Source: Thermoleophilia bacterium (lineage in GTDB: Bacteria; Actinomycetota; Thermoleophilia; UBA2241). From it: a stretch of DNA of 62,205 nucleotides. The number at the start of each line of letters is the position of its first letter. The first letter of the stretch is position 1. The stretch lies in NCBI GenBank assembly GCA_052139595.1, contig JBKQWK010000018.1:1-62205 (forward strand). The letters are read 5' to 3'. The notes under the pieces were generated by a model, which was not told the origin of the DNA, searched no databases, and saw nothing but the letters and a program-made list of their open reading frames with translations. Positions 57,515 to 62,205 of the stretch are shown one piece after another. A program made the translations under genes and the position numbers.

Positions 57515-58039
57515 TCATCTACGCAATAGACGGACGACCGTCCCCAGAATGGCGATCATCGAAGCGATGACGACCATCGACAGAATAATGTACACCGTAC
57601 TCCAGAACAGGCTCTTGGTTGCCACCTCAAGGCTTTGAAAGATACCAGCCAGCCCGCTGGCCAATGGGACGCAAAGCCACACGATCAAAAGCACCCCTAT
57701 CAACGGAATGACCACGAAGAAGAAAACCCGCAACGTAGAAATGGCCCACGCGCGAATCCACCCGTTTCGGCCCATGCGGTATTCGAGAAGTGCAAAGCTG
57801 TACCGCATGGCCTCGATCGAACGCTCTGCGGCAGACATACAATGGAAGTCAACGGCTACGCGAGGCTGCGGAAGGGGCCGCAGCTCGGCAATCACGTAGG
57901 CTGTAACCGTCGCGACCAATGACCCGCGCGGTGTTCTTCCTGCGATTCGATTGCCGGGGACCGCCAGTTGGTCTGGCGGCTGAGATGATTTGATTTCGCC
58001 GGTCGGGGCGTGCTTATTCGGTTCCGGGTGGTCTGCCAT
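57515..58039 (-). CDS. Hypothetical membrane protein
   Basis: 174-aa ORF with three C-terminal hydrophobic helices. Confidence 0.4.
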   Translation of the reverse strand: MADHPEPNKHAPTGEIKSSQPPDQLAVPGNRIAGRTPRGSLVATVTAYVIAELRPLPQPRVAVDFHCMSAAERSIEAMRYSFALLEYRMGRNGWIRAWAISTLRVFFFVVIPLIGVLLIVWLCVPLASGLAGIFQSLEVATKSLFWSTVYIILSMVVIASMIAILGTVVRLLRR

Positions 58040-58463
58040 GATCGTTCACCGTTTGACGTTTAGCGGACTGATCTTTGAAATCCTTGCGAGTCCTCGTTCC
58101 CATTGCAAAGCCGATGACAAGGCTGACCACGGCAATGATGACGGCCCCGCCAAACAAGGTAGCCGTCGTTGTGGCCCAACTACTGTTCTTATCCCGAAGC
58201 TCCTTGTTCTCGACTTCTAGTTGACGGATCCGCTCCTGCAGTTGAGCGATGGTTGCGTCTCTACTGTCAGGCCCCTGTGGCCGCCCTTCGCATCCTACCA
58301 CCGCAACGACGATGGCCGCGAGCGCGACTGATAGGGGGACAGCCCCTCGGAATCGCGAGTGGGCTGAAGTTCCTGAACAATCGTCGATAGAAAAAGTCGG
58401 TCGACCTCGACCTGCTGCATGTGAACGCGGGATCACCCCTCTACTCCGGTGTGCCATGATCAT
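58014..58463 (-). CDS. Hypothetical membrane protein with coiled coil
   Basis: The internal ATG at 58463 gives a product with two TM segments flanking IAQLQERIRQLEVENKELRDK. Confidence 0.35.
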   Translation of the reverse strand: MIMAHRSRGVIPRSHAAGRGRPTFSIDDCSGTSAHSRFRGAVPLSVALAAIVVAVVGCEGRPQGPDSRDATIAQLQERIRQLEVENKELRDKNSSWATTTATLFGGAVIIAVVSLVIGFAMGTRTRKDFKDQSAKRQTVNDHGRPPGTE

Positions 58464-58976
58464 CCCTGGACCTCCATTACAATCGGAAACACCTCTCGCG
58501 GATTGAACTGCGCCAGCCGCCTGGGAGTTCACGCGCAACAAAAAAGGAGCGCCGAAACCAAGGCTGCTCCCCGAACCCCGACCAAGGGGTAGCATCGAAC
58601 AGCACCTGGCCGGCGCTCCCTTGGGCAGGGAGCGCTTGGGCCAAGTACTGCTTCGATACTTCAAGGGCCTTGCGGCCCAGGTTGGTCGTTTTCGAGGAAG
58701 CAGAACTTGACGCTCGCGCGTCGTTCAAGTTGTGTCCATGGCCGCCCAGCGGCCGTTATGATCTTCCTTTCGCCTCTTCGATGATTCGGAACGGGCCTCC
58801 GGCCAAAAACCGGAAGCAACCATCAATCTAGGCAGGCCCGAACCAGAATGCAATAGGCCCCCCAGGAAAATTATCTGGCAGACAACTCTACCAGATGCGC
58901 GACGATGCTGCCCCTTGCTGCGATTGGGTTTGCGTCGGCGGCGGTGGGCGGGCTGGCTAAAACTTGCCCGTAACGT

Positions 58977-59945
58977 CTATTCCCTCGGAGCGGGCGACTC
59001 CGCAACGGGCAGCCGAACCGCACGGCTCTGCTCGGTACACGACCAGTCCAGCGAGTACCTCGCTAGCAGCGGGTGCATGAACGGAAGGACTCGGTCTGCC
59101 GGTGGCGGCCATGCTCCATCGAGCCGCAGAGAATACGCTGCTTTGAGGCCCGCGTGCAGTCCACTCTGCGCCTGGCGAATGATGGCTTTTTCTTCCTTGG
59201 GAAGAACACTTCGTTTCTCCAGCCCCAAACCGTCCCATCGGCCCGCATGGACGTTCTCGACCGGCCCGTTTCGCCAGGTATGGAGAGTCACGGCATTGGC
59301 AATCACGCGAGCACCATGCCTCTCTGCCAATGGCAAGCAACTGCGAAGGATGTCCTCCGACCAACCGCCGCGGAGTTGATCGGCGACCACCCGAAGCGAA
59401 CACGTATGAAGGTCGTGGCCTTCCAGACGCGGCTGAACCGTCTTCGGACCAGCCGGGAGATATGCCAAGGCCCGGTACACCAAGTCCCAGTAGCGCCGAT
59501 CGTCCGAACTTGCCAGGTTGAACCACCATTCCAGCGCGGCGGAGATTTCGATGTTCAGCCGTGCCATTTCTTCGTCGTGGATCTGGCTCGCATCGGCTTC
59601 TCCCGCGCTGGACGTCAACGGCTTGTCCGCGTCGGCGAGCACTGCAAAGTAGGAGCCCCAGCGGATGCAGACGGCGGTGGCCGCCCTCGTCTCGTCGGCA
59701 ATTCGCACGCCTTCTACTGGCGGCGCTGGCTTGGCTTCCAGATAGCTCACAACCTGCAAGTACATGGGAACGTGGGGCGGTGTGATGATGACCAACGGAC
59801 CGTGAGGATCATCGGCAGCAAGTTGCCAAGTTCCACCGTCCACGGTGAGGTCTTCGGTGACCCGGACACGGAAAGCACCGTTTATTGGCAAATCAGGTAC
59901 GTTAATCACGCCCGACCCCATGATGAAAGTGTCTCCTCGACCCAC
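58977..59945 (-). CDS. Hypothetical protein (322 aa), no family recognised
   Basis: Ordinary composition. It overlaps the stop of the upstream exonuclease-like gene, suggesting co-translation. Confidence 0.5.
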   Translation of the reverse strand: MGRGDTFIMGSGVINVPDLPINGAFRVRVTEDLTVDGGTWQLAADDPHGPLVIITPPHVPMYLQVVSYLEAKPAPPVEGVRIADETRAATAVCIRWGSYFAVLADADKPLTSSAGEADASQIHDEEMARLNIEISAALEWWFNLASSDDRRYWDLVYRALAYLPAGPKTVQPRLEGHDLHTCSLRVVADQLRGGWSEDILRSCLPLAERHGARVIANAVTLHTWRNGPVENVHAGRWDGLGLEKRSVLPKEEKAIIRQAQSGLHAGLKAAYSLRLDGAWPPPADRVLPFMHPLLARYSLDWSCTEQSRAVRLPVAESPAPRE

Positions 59946-60754
59946 GGCCCAATATTTCCCGCATCGAAACTCCGTACAGCCGGGGGTTCGTGGACCATTA
60001 TCTCGCCAGGGAACGCCACCTGGGGATACTTGAGCTTGATCGTCATCTCCATCAACTGGACCATGTTGACCACATCCGTCAGGTTGTAGAGGATCAGTTT
60101 CCGCAACGCTTCACGGTCACCACGCCGGTAGCAGTGCCAGAGCCGAACGGCCTCGAATCCGTCCACACCCTGGATCGCTGCATCGCGGCAGACCCCCAGA
60201 TTCCTCTCGATGGCCTTCAGCCCGCCCCGGTATCCCAGCGAGCGCAGCACAAACCGTAGGTCGATATTGGTCTGGTCCAATCGAGCCTCCGGGAAATGCG
60301 CCCGCAGAAACGGCACGTCGAACAGGCTGCCGTTGAAGGTGACCAGGAGCGGGAACTGAGCGACGTAGGCAGGGAACTGGTCGAGGTTGATGCCCTTGAC
60401 GAACAGGGCCAGTTTGCCGCCGCCCAGCGCGCCGATCACCGTCACTTCGCTGTAGTCGGGTGACAGGCCGGTGGTCTCGATGTCTAGAAAAAGAGCCCGG
60501 TCGGCGAACTCCGGGTACAGTCGCCAGGTTTCTCCGCTCGGCAGGCGGTCGTGGAAGAAGTTCGGGTCGCCAGCCGCAACTGCGCCCAGGGACTGATGTA
60601 CCAGCGGCACGGCGGACTCGTAAATACGCTGCCGCAGAAGTCGGCTCTCGACGGCTTCCAGGAAGCGTTCCCAGTTCAGAATCCCCTGTTGCCAGAGCAC
60701 ATGCTCTCGATGGGGGCCGACGCCGGGCAAGTGGATGAAGGTGTTGCGAAGCAT
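59906..60754 (-). CDS. RNase H-fold (DEDD-type, YprB-like) exonuclease domain protein
   Basis: LFLDIETTGLSPDYSEVTVIG (ExoI motif DxE), LVTFNGSLFDVPFL (ExoII). The N-terminal HLPGVGPHREHVLWQQGI is HhH-like. Confidence 0.65.
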   Translation of the reverse strand: MLRNTFIHLPGVGPHREHVLWQQGILNWERFLEAVESRLLRQRIYESAVPLVHQSLGAVAAGDPNFFHDRLPSGETWRLYPEFADRALFLDIETTGLSPDYSEVTVIGALGGGKLALFVKGINLDQFPAYVAQFPLLVTFNGSLFDVPFLRAHFPEARLDQTNIDLRFVLRSLGYRGGLKAIERNLGVCRDAAIQGVDGFEAVRLWHCYRRGDREALRKLILYNLTDVVNMVQLMEMTIKLKYPQVAFPGEIMVHEPPAVRSFDAGNIGPWVEETLSSWGRA

Positions 60755-61110
60755 GGAGACGGCCGCTCATCAGGTTCGATTCTCCAATATATCCCATACG
60801 ACCACACACGCCAGTGGTTGAAACGCGGCTTTCCCGAGTGCGGCGTTGCGAAATGCGGAAGTCTGTGCGGCTGAAAAACGGTATTGAAGACTTGAAGCTG
60901 GCGCGGTTCAGGAAATGGTCCTCTGCGAAGTGGACATGCAATTCTGTTTTTGCGACGGAACGTGCCGTTCAACGGCGAGGACCGTTACAATGTCCTTGGA
61001 TCGAGCTTTTTCTCGTTACGAAGTCCCTCGCGGATGAGCGTCCTTTGATTTCCATTGAGCCCCGGCCTACTTTCGATGGTCTCGGTACATGGACATTGGC
61101 CCCCCGCCTT

Positions 61111-62145
61111 ATGTGGTCCACGGCGGACGTTCTCGTAAGCGGCGACGCACGGGAGACCCGCAAGTTGATCCGCCGAGAGGCACCGCAGGCTCCCGGCGTC
61201 TATGGGATGGTTGACCACCAAGGGGAACTGATCTACGTCGGCCAGTCAAAGTCGCTACGGAACCGATTGGTGAGCTATTTCGCCGGGGCGGCCCCGCGTA
61301 AGGCCCAGCGAATCATCGCTCATACCCACCGACTCCTCTGGGAAAGCGCCCCGGACGAGCTTGCCGCACTGTTGCGCGAACTGGAACTGATCCGGCGCTG
61401 GCGGCCACGGTTCAATGTACGGGGGCAGCCGAACCGCCGTCGCCCTGCCTATTTGATTCTCGGCCGGGCACCGGCCCAATACGTTTACCTGGCCACCGCG
61501 CCCTCCAGGGGGGACACAACAGTCTTCGGTCCCGTGCGGGCCAGCCGAGATTGTCGCCGGGCGGTACACGTTCTGAACGACCACTTCCAACTGCGCGATT
61601 GCGGGCAAGGGGTGCCGATGCGACTTGCCGACCAGCAGGAGATGTTCTTCTCCGAGCACGTAGCGCTTTGTTTGCGGTACGACCTGGGAACCTGCCTCGC
61701 GCCGTGCGCGTCGAAGTGCTCTAGCGCGCAGTACGCTGCTCGTGTCCGAGCGGTAAAGGGATTCCTGAGCGGAAGCGACCTGTCGTCCCTGACGCGATTG
61801 GAAAAGGATATGACGACGGCAGCGGCGGCACGCCGCTACGAAGAGGCAGCCGTCCTTCGTGATCACTGGGAAGCCCTGGAAAGCCTCCAGGGGCAGTTAC
61901 AGCGGTTTCGTGAGGCACAGCGCCACTATAGCTTTATCTACCCTCTCCCCGGTCGAGAAGGTGCGTGCGTGTGGTATTTCATTCGCCGTGGCCAGGTCTA
62001 CATGGCCATCGACGAACCTCGCGACAACGAGGCCGCTACGGAGTGCCTTGCGGCGATTGAGCGGATCTACAGGGATGGCACCCAACGCCAAATTCCAGAG
62101 GGGCTAAATGCTCGATTTAACTCTTTGGAATTCCAAGGGTTATGA
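61111..62145 (+). CDS. GIY-YIG nuclease of the UvrC N-terminal half / Cho-like type, with UVR motif
   Basis: PGVYGMVDHQGELIYVGQSKSLRNRLVSYF ... ELELIRRWRPRFNV (GIY-YIG) and AAARRYEEAAVLRDHWEALESL (UVR). No C-terminal RNase H-like/HhH half. The start could lie anywhere in ORF 60814..62145. Confidence 0.7.
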   Translation: MWSTADVLVSGDARETRKLIRREAPQAPGVYGMVDHQGELIYVGQSKSLRNRLVSYFAGAAPRKAQRIIAHTHRLLWESAPDELAALLRELELIRRWRPRFNVRGQPNRRRPAYLILGRAPAQYVYLATAPSRGDTTVFGPVRASRDCRRAVHVLNDHFQLRDCGQGVPMRLADQQEMFFSEHVALCLRYDLGTCLAPCASKCSSAQYAARVRAVKGFLSGSDLSSLTRLEKDMTTAAAARRYEEAAVLRDHWEALESLQGQLQRFREAQRHYSFIYPLPGREGACVWYFIRRGQVYMAIDEPRDNEAATECLAAIERIYRDGTQRQIPEGLNARFNSLEFQGL

Positions 62146-62205
62146 TCGTAAATTGCCTGGGGTAATCAGTATTTTCTTGATGCTGCATAAAAAAGCCGTT
62201 CCTGC

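Noticed and set aside
60765-60785. tRNA-like T-loop sequence ggttcgattc.
   Set aside because: The flanking bases cannot form a 5-bp T-stem, and no acceptor or anticodon arms are present. No tRNA gene was found anywhere in the window.

Overview
This is a high-GC, almost fully coding 62.2-kb window in three parts. All internal start coordinates come from ORF-track arithmetic; family names come from motif recognition by eye, not from searches.

(1) Bases 1-34 kb hold housekeeping and respiratory genes with a monoderm, Chloroflexi/Actinobacteria-like flavour. They include a LuxR regulator, birA-bioY, an HD-GYP protein and two MFS transporters. A ~21-kb single-strand (minus) array follows. It combines heme synthesis (hemB, an AhbD/NirJ-like radical SAM, hemL), rex, and futalosine-type menaquinone genes: UbiD/UbiA/UbiX-like, ubiE, a polyprenyl synthase, two Mqn radical-SAM enzymes and MqnA/D. 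Wedged between the UbiA-like and UbiX-like genes are five multiheme c-type cytochromes (59 canonical CXXCH motifs) plus a b-type cytochrome. A DUF4388 protein, a G1-type glutamic peptidase, an arylsulfotransferase-family protein and a double GNAT follow.

(2) Bases 34.1-44.9 kb hold one tightly coupled six-gene minus-strand operon: excisionase-type HTH, SNF2 helicase, DUF4062/AlbA_2/HATPase_c_4 protein, DUF4391 protein, a DUF262 domain fused to only the C-terminal half of a Type III Mod (no catalytic DPPY/NPPY motif), and an intact-looking Type III Res. I rate this the best candidate for an undescribed defence system.

(3) Bases 44.9-62.2 kb are visibly lower in GC, gappy and Planctomycetes-like. 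They carry mobile-element debris: DUF1257/DUF2997, a DUF123 fragment, a sigma region-4-like protein and a Cas4-like nuclease broken by a 7-bp tandem duplication. They also carry an LRR protein, a 1167-aa J-like/FGE-sulfatase protein, and a divergent exonuclease / Cho-like GIY-YIG pair.

No rRNA, tRNA or CRISPR array was seen.
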